Origin: Monocercomonoides exilis PA203
Lineage: Eukaryota > Protista > Preaxostyla
Reading direction: 5' to 3'
Assembly (NCBI GenBank): GCA_001643675.2
Contig: LSRY02000027.1
Location: 1,240,001-1,304,000 of the forward strand
Length of the DNA: 64,000 nucleotides
Position numbers and translations under genes: made by a program. Positions 38,998-51,215 of this stretch are shown piece by piece; positions within the stretch are counted from its first letter, which is position 1, and each line of letters begins with the position of its first letter. Under the pieces are notes generated by a model. That model saw only the letters and a program-made list of their open reading frames with translations. It did no database searches and had not been told where the DNA came from.

Positions 38998-40647
38998 ATG
39001 AAAATATCTTCAGAAACAAAATTAAAAGAAGGTCAGAAAAAACTGTGGTGCACAATGTCATCGCGCAAGTGCAGGAAATACCACAGCCTGCTGGAGCGAA
39101 TGGCTAACATTGTTGAAGATGGAGTTGTTCGCATTACGGATTCTATCAATTCCAAGGAATTTTGTCGCACAGGCATCAAAAATGCAGTTAGAGCGCTGAA
39201 AAAAGGAAGGCTAGTTGGAAAAGTTGGCAGACCTGCAGCAGTAGTGGGCTAAAAGGAACAAAGAGCAATGGACATTATTCACATTGAAGCAAAGTCTGGA
39301 ATATTTCTCCCTTAAAAAAAAAAAAAAAACAGAGAATTGGATTGTTTAATTTTTATTAATATGTTTTAATCATTTGTTTTTCAGATGGAAAATGTTTTTA
39401 ACGATAATGATGATGAAGATGCGCCATTTACCGAAGTTTCAATGTATACGGCATATGAACTTGTCAAGTATCATCCGGAGCTGAAGACTGAAACTCCGAA
39501 GAATTTGGATATCAACCGACTGGATGTTTCGTGCAGAAGTGTTTGAAAACCATGGTTTAAAACATTCGATGAGCTGAATGAAAAATATCATTTCAATCCA
39601 GTTTTAATTATAAATATCGACGAATCTTCAACGAGCGTTCCTTCAGACACAAAACAGCTTGTTGTGCATACTACAGACACAAAAGCAGGTTTTTCGAAAG
39701 AACCACCAAGAATGATTAATTCCACATTCGTGGCAGCTGCTGCAGCGGACGGATATGCCTTTCCTTCAGTCATTTTGTGGCCAAGTGCAAAGCTGCCAGA
39801 AGAGCTGAAAAGCCTGTTATCTCCAACGCTTGAGATATGGGCAAATGGAAGCGGCTGGATGGGCAACGAGTGCTTCAAAAGGGATGCTCTCACAGTTCTT
39901 CTTCTTTCTGTCATCGAAAGAAGAAAGCGCATGTCACTTGAAAACGAACACATTCTTCTCCTCCTTGATTCTCATGAATCACGCGAAGATCCATCGATCT
40001 TGCGAGAATTCCATCATCAACAAATCGACGTTTTAACATTTGTGCCACACAGCACACACCTCTGTCAACCACTGGACAGAGGAGTGTTTGCTGTGTTCAA
40101 ATCTGAACTGACAAACAGATTTGAGGCTCCATCTTCTTCTTCATCTTCCTCCAAACGAGCAGCAATTTCCGACGTTCTGCCTCAAGCCATCCACACTGCA
40201 TTGTCTCCTTCTGTAATTCAGAAAGCTTTTGTCTGCAGTGGTGTTCTGCATAATACTTCTGGGCCAGTTCTTTTGAAACTGCCCGAATCTTCAATTTACA
40301 CTCTTCCATCCAGAAGAAATAGATTCAACTTTTATGGAAAAGTTATAACCGACGAAAATCTTTTAGAGAAATGGGAAAATCATTTGAAAATGAATATTGA
40401 AAGGAATAATGAAACGGATGAAAAGGAGAAAGATGAAGTGAAGACTGTTGTGGATGAAAACAAAAAAATAAAAAGAAGATATTTCCATGTTTATAACGAT
40501 GGTTCTTACGATGAAAAGAAAGATCATTCATTAAATCGAGGTGAAGGAAAAAGGAAAGTTATCAAAAGAATTAATTCTGATTTTGTTTTCTTTCAATCAT
40601 GTTGTTTTTTTGAATTTTTTTCTCTTCATTTTTTTGGGTCAGAATAA
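38998..40647 (+). pseudogene. pogo/Fot1-like (DDE_1, DD35D) transposase pseudogene
   Basis: HTH region ending GRP; IINIDESS; GYAFPSVI; NGSGWM; LLLLDSHESR; VPHSTHLCQPLDRGVF. Stops at 39250 and ~39544, and a probable intron ending TTTTCAG at ~39385. Confidence 0.85.
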
Positions 40648-40956
40648 AGAAAAAGCGTCAGGATAAAATAATAATCCAACTTATCCCGAAAAATACCCAG
40701 TGATAGCGCATGCGGAGTCTGCGGGATGCACACACAATGGAAAGACTTTTGTTGGAATATGTGATTACTCACCAAGCTTTGTGTGAAGATGATGATGAAA
40801 AATTCAATGGATCGCAGCCACATATTGCTTCGTGAAGCGCCTTTGTCACATTTTTTCAACTTCATTGCCTTCACTTGGTTGAAGTTCTTCAAAGACCTCA
40901 GAAACACAGACTAGTCTGCCTCTTCCTTCTCCGAATAAAATCCCTCAAACTCCTCG

Positions 40957-41016
<60 letters not shown>

Positions 41017-41399
41017 ATCTCGACTTTTTTCTCAAAATCCTCTTTAACCGCTGTATTGATTCACCTCCAAAACATCCTGCACAAAGCCATCAGGAAGATC
41101 TAGCTCTCTTCTGCAAATGGCTTCAACTGAAAACCTTCAAATGGCACATTGCAGTTGTCATGAAAATCACAACTTGTCTCCTTTGCACTCCTCCCGCGCA
41201 AACTTCCCTAACAACAACACATCAGCAAAGTCATTTAGAAACAGCTCCACAACGAAGATCATCTTCAATATTGCTACCTCGCTCATCTTCTGCACTGCAT
41301 GCTTCACCCACAGCCACATGATCACAAAATACCCAAACTAATGCCTCGTAACCACGACTCCCGCTAACACAGCACTGCCCTCTCCCAAGTCCGCTGCGA

Positions 41400-43440
41400 T
41401 CTTGTCTCCGGATATCCCCAGAATCTACGTCAGCTTCCACACCAGCGATGATTTCAGCCCTATCTTATGATGCTTCAACAAACGCTTCATCTGCACAGAT
41501 GACTGCAACGTTATCGGTATCAAAAGCTCAACACAGTTTCGTGCGCCACATGTTCCGTTGATTCAAATTCTGTGCTAGTCATCCGCTCCATCGGAAAAGA
41601 CTCCACCAAAGGCACTGAACCGGAAACATTTTCCTCCTGCTAAAATTCCTTCTCCCACAAAAATTCCCTCATTCCATCTTCTCGTTCAGCTTCTTCGCTT
41701 TTTCAGTCAGCTGCTCATCTGTCTCTTTATATAACTCCTTCTTTTTCTTCTGCTCCAACTTCTATTGCACAACCTCCGTCCGCAGCTCTTATTCATCAAT
41801 TGAACAGCGCCTTCGACATGTGAATTATTTTTTCCTGTTCTTTCGACAGCACATTTCTTTTCATATCTTTCTCTGATCCCAGATCTCGTTCCCTAACTTT
41901 CACCTCAGTCGAAACTCTTTCCATCGACCGTTGTCTTCTTCCCACAACACTTATCCCGCTCTTCACTTTTACAACATCCCCCTTCCCGCTCGTTTCTGTC
42001 CCAACCAACACATCGCTGCCATCCCCGATGCAAACTGCAAACTTCTCCTGGCACTTTTCACACAGCCCCGACAGCAGGATCAACGAAGCTGAAGACGGAA
42101 TCACCAAACCTCCCGCAGACGACAACGAAGAAGGCGTTGCAAGTGGCACCCCTGCCCCTGCTCCAGAACCTGCTCCCTCGCTGTCCTCGCTCACCACCCC
42201 GCCCTGCTGCGTCCACAGCTTCTTCTCCTTCTCAATCCACACATCAATCAGCTCTGCCTTCTCCTTCATTTCTACCAGCTGCTGTAGCTCATTCACATCT
42301 GTATTATTCTTCTCGTTCAGCTCCAGAATCTTCCTCTTTCGCATCCGGATGATCTTGTCATTCTGCCGCAGCTGCTCCACCAGCCCGTTCGTCAACTTCG
42401 AGATCCGCTCGTCGTCCCGGATCTTCTGCAGCAGCATGTTGAACTCCGAATACAGCTTCTCCATCTCCTGCTTCGCCTCCTCATGCAGCTCCATTAGCTC
42501 CGGAATCTGCCACTCCAGCTCCTCCTTCTCCACCCCCAGCTCCAAAACATGCCCCTCGAACTTTCCGTCTATCTTGATAAGTGTCTGAGCAGCATTCGCC
42601 TTCATCCTCTGCAAATCTTCTTTCTAGTTCTTCAGCTCTTCACCTCTTCACACGCCGCAACTCTTAGCCTCTTCACTTCTTCGTCCAATTTCACAACCAC
42701 ACGCTTCAACAACTGCGATTTCCATATCTGCGACAAAGGATGAAAATTGATTGAAGATCGACAATAATTCATTAATGACAGCCTACTCAAAGATGCACTT
42801 GCCTAACGACTTCTTTCACACAAAAGCTGTAAGTTATAGAAGTGGAGCTGCCAGCGGAACAGAAAACATAGCCGAAAGCACCACATCGTATGCACACACA
42901 ACACCCCCCACACAGCACAGCCCGCAGCGCCACAACATATCCCTACATCATCTGCAGCTCCCGCGGTGACAGCAGCAGCTGCTGCGACAGAGGCGTGTTC
43001 CGCCCATACACCCCAGCCGCCTCTCGATGTCGTCCATCGCTTCTTCCGAGGTGCATGACTCCGCCACCACCTATGCATCCGAAGGGTCAATCGCAGGTGC
43101 TGATGAAGATGACTTATCATCTCCTTCCGCCTTTTTCTCTTCGCTTCTCCGCCTCCTGAATGGAGAAGTTGATCGGTTTGCTGCTCCTGTTGAAGAAGAA
43201 GAAGACAAAGGTGCTGAGCGAAGAGACAACTGAATCGCTTTTACTCCCACAAGAATCTTTTTGAGACAACTCATCACACAAAATTGCAGCGCCTTTCGTG
43301 TAACAAACACAAAGTCCACGTTCAAATTAGAAACGTCAACCATCACTGAAATCTCATCTTTTCTGATCAAATGGAAATGTTTGAACAAAGTTTTTTGGAT
43401 GGGAATTGAAATGAGAAGAAAAGTTTGAAGCAAAAAAGCA
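41400..43440 (-). pseudogene. Decayed coiled-coil hypothetical gene (longest ORF 41796-42614), paralogous to 5930-7000
   Basis: 272-aa Glu/Lys-rich ORF flanked by broken ORFs; nucleotide match to 6190-6300. Confidence 0.45.
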
Positions 43441-43825
43441 AATGAGTTGTTGAAAGCTGTTAAAGATATGATTCATGATTTGACACAAAAATTGGGATAT
43501 CATTTCCCTTTTGAATTTTTTTTCTGAAATGGTAATTTAACATAAACTAATTATAAGTTGTTTTTCAAATTATTTATTATGAAATTAATAACTGCTCTAT
43601 GCAAACAACTTTTTGAATTTCTTTCAATTCAATAAGGACAGTATCGATGAAATTTTCTTGTTTAATAATTTCAAACAATAAATACACGAATTATGGCAAG
43701 TTATTATGTATTTGTTTTTCAACATAAGGAAATATTCAAAAAGAAGTCTCAATTCAAAAAATCAAAACGTTGATTTGAACAATTGAAATGAAAACAACGA
43801 AATATGAACAAATCATTTTGTTGCG

Positions 43826-43887
<62 letters not shown>

Positions 43888-45691
43888 TTAAATTATAAAA
43901 GTGATTAAATAGTTAATTGGGTATTTGAAATCTATTTTATTAAAACGCAATATGTGGGGAAAGGGTGGCAAAACTCAATAGAATAACATTCAGCAATAAA
44001 TGATGGGTACAAAATTTTCAACATTTTTTGCTCATCTATTTGTTCATATTCTGTTCAACAATTAATATTGCAATATAAATTTAAATATTAAAAATAATAA
44101 TAAAAAATATCATAATAATGAAAATCGAAATTTTTATGAAAAACTGTTCATATTTATATATTTAGCATAAAACCATTAATCAGTTTCAAAATAGTTAAAA
44201 TTTTAACAATAAATTCTATTAAAAATTTAAGAAAAATAAATAATTATTCAAATGCAAAAATGAATGAAAATATATTATAAAATTAATTAAAAAAATCGAA
44301 TTTTTGTTCAGATGCATTTTATATCTAGATTTTTTAATTTCAAAAATCTTAGTTTTAAACAAGTGTTTTTGATGTTTTCTCTGATCAATAACAAAAAATG
44401 TTTTCAAAAAGAAAATTCAAATCATAAATAATAAGTATAATTAATTTTGTGATAATTAATTCATTTATTCTATTATTTCAAAAACATATTTTTTAACTCA
44501 CATTAGAAAATTTCATATTTAAGTTATCTATTTTTGGAAAATCATTTCTGGTATCTGGAAAAACAAAGATTGAAAGTTTCAATCAAATATAAGATTATTT
44601 ATTGATAAAACGTGTAATTTTTATTATAAATGTGATTAAGTGTTCTTAGTTATGTAATTCTTTTTGATAGAAATTGAATGATAAATTGGAAAAAATATAG
44701 GTTCTTAGAAATGTGAGATTATTTTAGAGATTGACAATATTTAGTGTGGTTATTTCATGTTTTGATAGTATTTAAAAAATGTTTTTACATGTTTATTATT
44801 TTTTTGAAAAGTCATAATATATTGATTAATATGAAAATTGGTTCATATATGATCAGTAAAATTGATCATTCTTTTCACATCATGATGTTGTTCATTATTT
44901 CTTTTAATTGTTTTATTAGTTAGTTATCAAATATTGATTTTTAGTAAAAAACATCTGAATCACATGATTTCTGACGGTGATATTTTTTGAGTGAAGTGAT
45001 GTGATTGAAAAAAATTTAATTCAATTTTTTTTAAAAAATATTTCGATCATCAAAAATGAAAATTAATGCAATAATTGTATTTTTTTGCAATTTATTTTTT
45101 ATTTCATTGGAATTTTTAATAATAATTTTTGAAAATTATTCAATGGATAATTTTCAATTAATTAAGAAACTGTGGGTTGTGTCGTGATCAATTTTTTCCA
45201 GAATAAATACCACGGAACTCAAGTTACTGTCTATTACTGAAGTGATTTAAGTCAATAGTCCATTTAACAAATGTTTGTGTTTTTTTCTTGTTGAAATATC
45301 TTTTATAAAGTTTTCAACTTGTCAAAATTTTTGTATTTATTTGTTGTGAATAATTCTAATTGTTTCGTTTTTACAAAAATTTTTTCTCACTCATATGTAT
45401 CATATTCGCATGTTCTTCGTTTTGATATGGAGGAATAAAGATGTGCTTTTCAAAATAAAAACAATGGCAGGAGTTTTGAGGCTGAGGATCAGAAGCGATT
45501 GACTGTTCGGAGAAGATTGTGCACGCTGTTGGATGGGTGCTGTGGAGAACACTTTGCTATAGGAATTTGTAAGCAGGCAGGGGATGTTGAAAAGTACAGT
45601 GCAGCAGCAGGTCTGGTGGTGATAGAGTCACAGTTATTTGCGTTCCAATAACATTCGAAAACGGGAACGGGAGATTGAGGAGGAATTAGGA

Positions 45692-46070
45692 GGCATAGGT
45701 ACATCTATGCTTCTTTTGCAATTTGCGGTGTTTGAAATTAACTTTATGATGAAATAATAGTTAAAAATAAATTGAAACTTTTGGGTGGACGAATTTTTTG
45801 AAATTGTTTTTTCTTGTTGCAAAAAATCAATATTGAAAAATCACCCATAAATATGGCTAATTTTATTTGAAAAGTTCCTTTTGTTTAATTTTCAAATAAA
45901 ATTAGCCATATTTATGTGTGATTTTTCAATATTGATTTTTTGCAACAAGAAAAAACAATTTCAAAAAATTCGTCCACCCAAAAGTTTCAATTTATTTTTA
46001 ACTATTATTTCATCATAAAGTTAATTTCAAACACCGCAAATTGCAAAAGAAGCACAGATGTACCTATGCC
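45692..46070. mobile_element. Short foldback/MITE, 182-bp arms and 15-bp spacer, same family as 37169-38911
   Basis: Coordinates sum to 91762. Starts GGCATAGGT...CTTTTGCAATTTGCG and shares TTTCTTGTTG.AAAAAAT...TTGAAAAAT.ACCCATAAA with the long foldback. Flanks AATTAGGA / AAAGAGGA (6/8). Confidence 0.8.
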
Positions 46071-47512
46071 AAAGAGGAATGGATTCTTGTGGTTGAGGAG
46101 TGTGTGGCGAGGGGCCAAAACAGAGCAAAAACAAACCGAATGCGATCATTGGCTAAGAGGGTGTCTGGAGGGGAAGAGTGGAGGTGACAACCGGTGAGTC
46201 CTTTCTTCCAGTGCAGAGCTGTTAGATAGTTCAGGGGGGGAGGGGGGGGGGGGGGGGGGGGGGGGTGTTGGGATGCAGCTGTTGTTCGTGTAGAGGTTAC
46301 TGGGCAGATCTGCCTGCACTCCCATTTACTTGTGTGTGGAGCCAATAGAGGAGAATGGATGATTACACACTGTTTTTAAAATACAAGGCAGATCACTGAT
46401 CGGAGAGGAAACAGGGGGATCGGGAAGAAGGTTATTGAGAAGATCGTATCAGAAGAGGAGGTGCTGGAGAGGGTTGTGTATTAGAAAGAGAAGCTTGCTG
46501 TGGAGGAGCGGGGAGACGTGAAAGGAGCAGAGGGGAGGGCAGGAGAGGAATCAGATGAAGGAGGTTAGTTCAATGTCTCAACAGCGACTGTGCAGAAACT
46601 TAAAGGGGAAAGGGCTGGAAGGAGGCTGAGCCTGTTTGTGCTGTATGTGTGGGAGATCATCCTGTTTATTGGGATGAGTGAGGCGGGGATGGTGATGGTT
46701 GTGATTGTGTGGTACTGTGAATGGAAGAAGAGGACTGTGGAGTCTGGCGAAAACGCACGATGGCAGAACCGAGAGATGCAGGAAGCTGCGTTTGAGCTTG
46801 TGAGGCGGTTCGGAACAGATTGGGCATAGAGTGAGGAAGTGGATGCCGATGTTGTGGAGTAGCTGAGTGAGCTAGCACAGGAAAATGAGGTGGAAGAGAC
46901 AAAACTGAAGATCAAAGCGGAGAAAGTGGAAATGGAAGTGGAAAATGAAGAGGAAGAAGAGGAAGAAGCAGAGAGATGGCTGTGGAGAAATCTGCTGTTT
47001 CAGTGATTTTTATTCAAACATTTTCATTATAAAGAATACTAATTTATATTCTTATATAATAATTCTCTCATGTCAATGATAAACCTAACAACATATTAAG
47101 TATTCTTTTTGCTTTTATAAACAATTGTTGTATTAAAAGGACAAAATTAACTTATGAGAATTGCATAAAAGGAATAATTAAGTCAATATGATAATTATGT
47201 CAATTTTTGTAAAAACTTGTTAACCATTAAAAATATGGAAAGTTGTTATTTTTAAAAAAATGATAAATAAAAATAATGCGAAAATGAAAACTGAACTTCA
47301 AATGCATCAACGAACGAAGAGAAGAATATTGATATTAATTTTCATTGAATGATATGACTTCTGTCAAAGCGTAAAATAGTATCAAAAATTAAAAAGATTT
47401 AATTATTGTCTGTTTATGGAAAATCTATTTTATCTGAACCATCAAAAATGTTTTTTATATTTGGTTATTTTTTTATAATCGATTAAAGACTTATATCAAT
47501 AAGTTTGTTTTT

Positions 47513-47580
<68 letters not shown>

Positions 47581-50015
47581 ATGTGCAGTGCACTGACTGA
47601 CGTGCATTGACATTTACGAAGGTGACGCAGATGTTGATGTTATCAATTTAAATTTTTTGATTTTCTTTCGTTTCTTTAAACTTTGTGATTGAATTGGACA
47701 TTTTCAATTTGGATGATTTTTTTGTTATCATGAAAAAAGATCATAAATCGAAAAAGAAATAAAATTATGGGCTGTTGTGATCAATCAATTTTTATGAAAA
47801 GGATAAATTGTTTTTCGAAGATATACAAAAACATCAAAAAAATATCCCCTATGCATATTTTTCAAGTTAAATATATTTTTCCTGAACATCTTGGCATGAT
47901 TTTTTTTGTTAATAAAAGAACAGAAAAATATTTCTTAAAAAGTGTTTTTCTAATTTTTTCATCATTTGATGTTTTTCAAACGATGGTTATTAATGAATAA
48001 AATATAACTTTATATATTTATTTAAATTCTTACACAGAAATGAATTGTTTTTTTTTTAGTTAAGATTTTGTTTATTCATTAAAAATCTATTTTTCTTTTT
48101 CATTTGTTCTCATTGAAGGAAATATTTTTTTTTTAAAACAACTATAAACCTATGATTGCTGTTAATCAAGGAAAAAATAAATAATAAACGGTTATTCACA
48201 GAGTTGAATTAGTTTTCGATTGTGAATTGTCCATTTATTTGAAAAAAAAGAGTTAGAAAAAAATTTCAAACAATGATTAATTATAATTATTTGGAAAAAA
48301 ACAAAAAAGAATTGAAAAGAATTGAAAAGATGGAATTTTTTTTTATTGAGACAATACTCGAATATTAAAATAGAAAATAAAATTAATGAGCATTATGATT
48401 TTTCAATTTTTTTGAAAATACAAATAGAAGGATGCTAATTTTCTGAAGCGAGATAATTCCAATAATCATTCCATTTTTCAGGAATAATTTCTGAAACATC
48501 ATGATCATTACACTCAATAAACTTTGAAATGGAACTAGATTTAGAAACATCTTCTTTCACAACTGCCAAAAAATGCCCTTGCTTATAAAGAACACTTGAA
48601 TGAATAACACATCCAACTAATTCATAAACAACAACATCATCAACAGAACCAGAAGTTAATAATGAATCTTCAGAGGAAATTCTTTGATCAAATATTCTAA
48701 ACTCCTCAGGCCCTAACACTGAATCAACAAAATGAATAGAAAGAGGAGGAGCAATTACAGTGAAAAATATCACCAACGTTGAACAAAACACTTAACACTT
48801 TTGGAAAATATAAAAACGAACATATTTCAAAAATTGTCTATCTTTGTGACATGATACACACTCTCGTTCTCTCTTTTCAAGCAAAAAAAGAATTACAAGT
48901 TAATAAATCTTGAAGACCAGAAACAACATCTGATCCTCTAATTGAAACAAAAAACTGATCATCCCTTCTTGAAATGGAGTAATCATTACAATGAACACAC
49001 ATTAAAATATTTTTTGACATGATAGAAAACATATTATTTATTTCATTAAAATTTTTAGAAAGAACTTTGAGAAGTCTTTCAAAAACAACAGACAATTCTT
49101 TTGGCTGATTCTTCCCTCCAAGATAAGTTTCGTAAAATTTATTTATTTGTCCTCCTTCCCACTCATAAAAATTAAACGAAGAGATTCGAAGAAGATAAAA
49201 CAGATGCATGAATGTTTTAATTATACTGTTCATTTTTGAAATGTCTATAAATTCAAGATCAAGAGAAGCCATGCATTGACAAATGGCAGAAAGAGAGCAC
49301 ACACTGCCATTGTTTTTCAATCCTCTTTGAGAAGAAAGAAGAATTGACACGCACGATCTTGAATTAACTTTCGAAGATAATGAAGAAGAAGAAGATGAAG
49401 AAGAATTTTGCTTTTTTGATTGTTTTGTAATTTTGGATGAAAAAGTCGAAGGTTTTTTGCATTTCTTTGCTTCTTTTTTATTCATGTGAAATGAAGAAGT
49501 GGCTTCAAAAGAAATATAAAAATCATTGATATGATGTGCAAATGAAAAAGAATCATTTTCTTCACTATCTTTGAATATGTTTGTGGAAATTTGAAGAGAA
49601 GGTTGTTGCTGTTGCTGTTGCTGTTGAGTTTGGAAATTCTGCATTGATGTGCTGGATGAAGGAGAAAAATTTGAGAAAGAAGAAGAAGAGAGAGAAGAAG
49701 AAGGAATTGATAAAATCAGATTGATTGGATGATGCAACGTGTTCTATTTGTGTAGTCTCTGAGTGATTTGGAAAAGGTGCCTGTGTTTCTGTTGGAAATG
49801 AACTTGTTGTTGAAGTCTGAGACGAACTGGGCAATGGGAGTGAAGCATATGAAGCATTTGCATTGGAAAGTGAAGGTTGCAATTGCAATGCATCAGAAGG
49901 AGCAGATGAATAAGATGGAGCAAATGGAGAAGAAGACGAAGAAGAAGATGATGATGAAGCAGAAGAAATAGAAGAAGCTAATTGAAATGAATGAGAGGAT
50001 GCTGAGAGGATATAT

Positions 50016-50270
50016 GGGTGATAATTTTTGAAATTATATCTTTTTTCGGGGTGTTAATTTTCAAAAATTGCTTGTTTTTTTGATAGAAGTTTTTAGTCCA
50101 AAAGAAAAAAAGAATGATAATTGCTTTTTTAACAAATGTTTTCACCGAATAAAGGATTAAAATGCATTCAATAAGCTTTTTCAATTTCAATGTTCATATG
50201 TCAATATTCAAGAAAAGTTTTTGAACAGAAAATTTTGTATGAAAAAATATGATTTCAAAAATAATCACAC
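50016..50270 (+). mobile_element. 255-bp MITE, TSD ATAT, inserted in a USP exon
   Basis: GGGTGATAATTTTTGAAATTATAT...ATATGATTTCAAAAATAATCACAC; internal GATTAAAATGCATTCAATAAGC shared with the 36488 copy; removing it restores minus-strand FPSSSPY|PLSILS. Confidence 0.88.
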
Positions 50271-50400
50271 ATATGGAGAAGAAGAGGGAAATGTTAATGT
50301 CGAATTTTTCTTTTGCATTGTTTTTTCCACTTCACAAATAATTTTGATAACTGGAGCTAATGAATATGAACAAAATTCGCATTTTTTATTTGTTTTAAAT

Positions 50401-50657
50401 GGGTGATTATTTTTGATGTGATATTATTTCTTATTAAATTTTCGGTTTGAATATTTCTCCTTTATATAAACAAAAGAACACTTAAAAGAGAAAAGGCTAG
50501 AAAAACAATATCATGATTTTTATTTCTGCTTTTGCATTTGTTTTTTAAACAGTTGTTGTAAAAATTCTCAAATAGAATACAAAATCTCTTCCCAACGACA
50601 AATGAAAATGAAAAATTGACACCCCGAAAAAAGTTATGATTTCAAAAATAATCACCC
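50401..50657 (-). mobile_element. 257-bp MITE, reverse orientation, TSD AAAT
   Basis: GGGTGATTATTTTTGA...ACACCCCGAAAAAAGTTATGATTTCAAAAATAATCACCC with AAAT on both sides. Confidence 0.82.
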
Positions 50658-51215
50658 AAATGAATAGTTTAAATACATAATTTTTGAAAATAAAAATAAA
50701 ATAAATTATCAAAGAAAATCAAAAAGAAAAATGCAAACAGTAACACGATTTAATATAATCGCGGAAAAGAAGATTTCCAAATTTTTCATCAAGCACAAAA
50801 GCTTTAAATAATAAAACAGTGCGCTCGTAAGGCATTTTTTTAAAAATGTTAGCAATATATATTGCTTCTGATTTTATCAGTCTTTTTCGCGTGCTTCGAT
50901 GTTCTTTGGTCGTGCCAAACATGAAAAAAAGATAAAATTTCCAGAAAATGAAATTATAATGGAAAGCAAACAATATTTTGTAAAAGCCAATATATTAAAA
51001 ATAGTTCAATTAATCACTCGTCATAATTTGCAGAACTTATGAAGAAACAAACATGAAAATGCAAAAACAAAAATCAAAAGATCTTTTCAAAAAATAATTT
51101 TTATGATAAAAAAAACAACTGTTTCTTTAATTGTTTCATTGAATCTTTTTCATCTTTTTGTTGTTGAATGGAAGAAAGAAGAGATTTTGAACGAAAATCA
51201 GAATTTGATTGATTT

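Larger units (their letters stand above)
48393..50922 (-). pseudogene. USP/C19-like deubiquitinase pseudogene, paralog of 13924-16010
   Basis: GLKNNGSVCSLSAICQCM; CVHC and CVSC; YELVGCVIH..GHFLAVV; FIECND; N-terminal exon similar to 15750-16010. In-frame stops at 48877, ~48793 and 48435, a frameshift, and two MITE insertions. Confidence 0.8.

Noticed and set aside
45836-45850. AAAAATCACCC inside the short foldback as a Sola-type end
   Set aside because: It aligns with AAAAATGACCC in the long foldback, so it is part of the foldback arm.
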